Below the pieces are notes generated by a model. It was not told where the DNA came from, ran no database searches, and worked only from the letters and a program-made list of their open reading frames with translations. DNA of 48,504 bases, from the NCBI GenBank assembly GCA_946563605.1, contig CAMNVW010000001.1, forward strand, positions 1 through 48,504. Reading direction: 5' to 3'. This DNA is from an uncultured Clostridia bacterium (lineage in GTDB: Bacteria; Bacillota; Clostridia; Oscillospirales; Ruminococcaceae). Below are positions 48,460 to 48,504 of this stretch, piece after piece (positions within the stretch are counted from its first letter, which is position 1; each line of letters starts with the position of its first letter). The position numbers and the translations under genes are program-made.

Positions 48460-48504
48460 TTAAAGCTATGAAACTCAACCTATTGCGCCGCACAGCTCTT
48501 CTGA

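Overview
A Firmicutes chromosomal window, probably Clostridia of the Oscillospiraceae/Ruminococcaceae type (judged from gene content and style; sporulation genes are present). The main feature is a compact, co-oriented cluster of about 20 genes (4482-17410, ~12.9 kb) encoding phage particle parts: small and large terminase, portal, prohead protease, capsid, neck, contractile sheath and tube, baseplate, and a very short fibre. It has no integrase, att repeats, repressor, replication genes, lysis cassette or normal tape-measure gene, and it sits between housekeeping and sporulation genes (G5-3D cell-wall protein on one side, tepA-ylzJ-spoIIIE/ftsK on the other). It looks like a domesticated gene-transfer-agent-like element with a very short contractile tail. 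Both terminase genes appear to begin at non-canonical start codons (ATC, ATA). The rest of the window holds: a pdxK / ECF S-component / radical SAM operon, fba, pgm, a MATE pump, lepA, a GT8, LysR with a heterodimeric ABC exporter, a CBS-domain pyrophosphatase, an Lsa-like ABC-F gene with an attenuator leader, a DUF4397 repeat protein, a GlnK/GlnL-like two-component system with an EIIC-like permease, an ~800-bp REP/MITE-like repeat structure with perfect 31-bp inverted ends, a low-GC GyrI-like gene, and a GH18 gene that appears disrupted at its 5' end. All calls come from motif recognition by eye; no searches were run.
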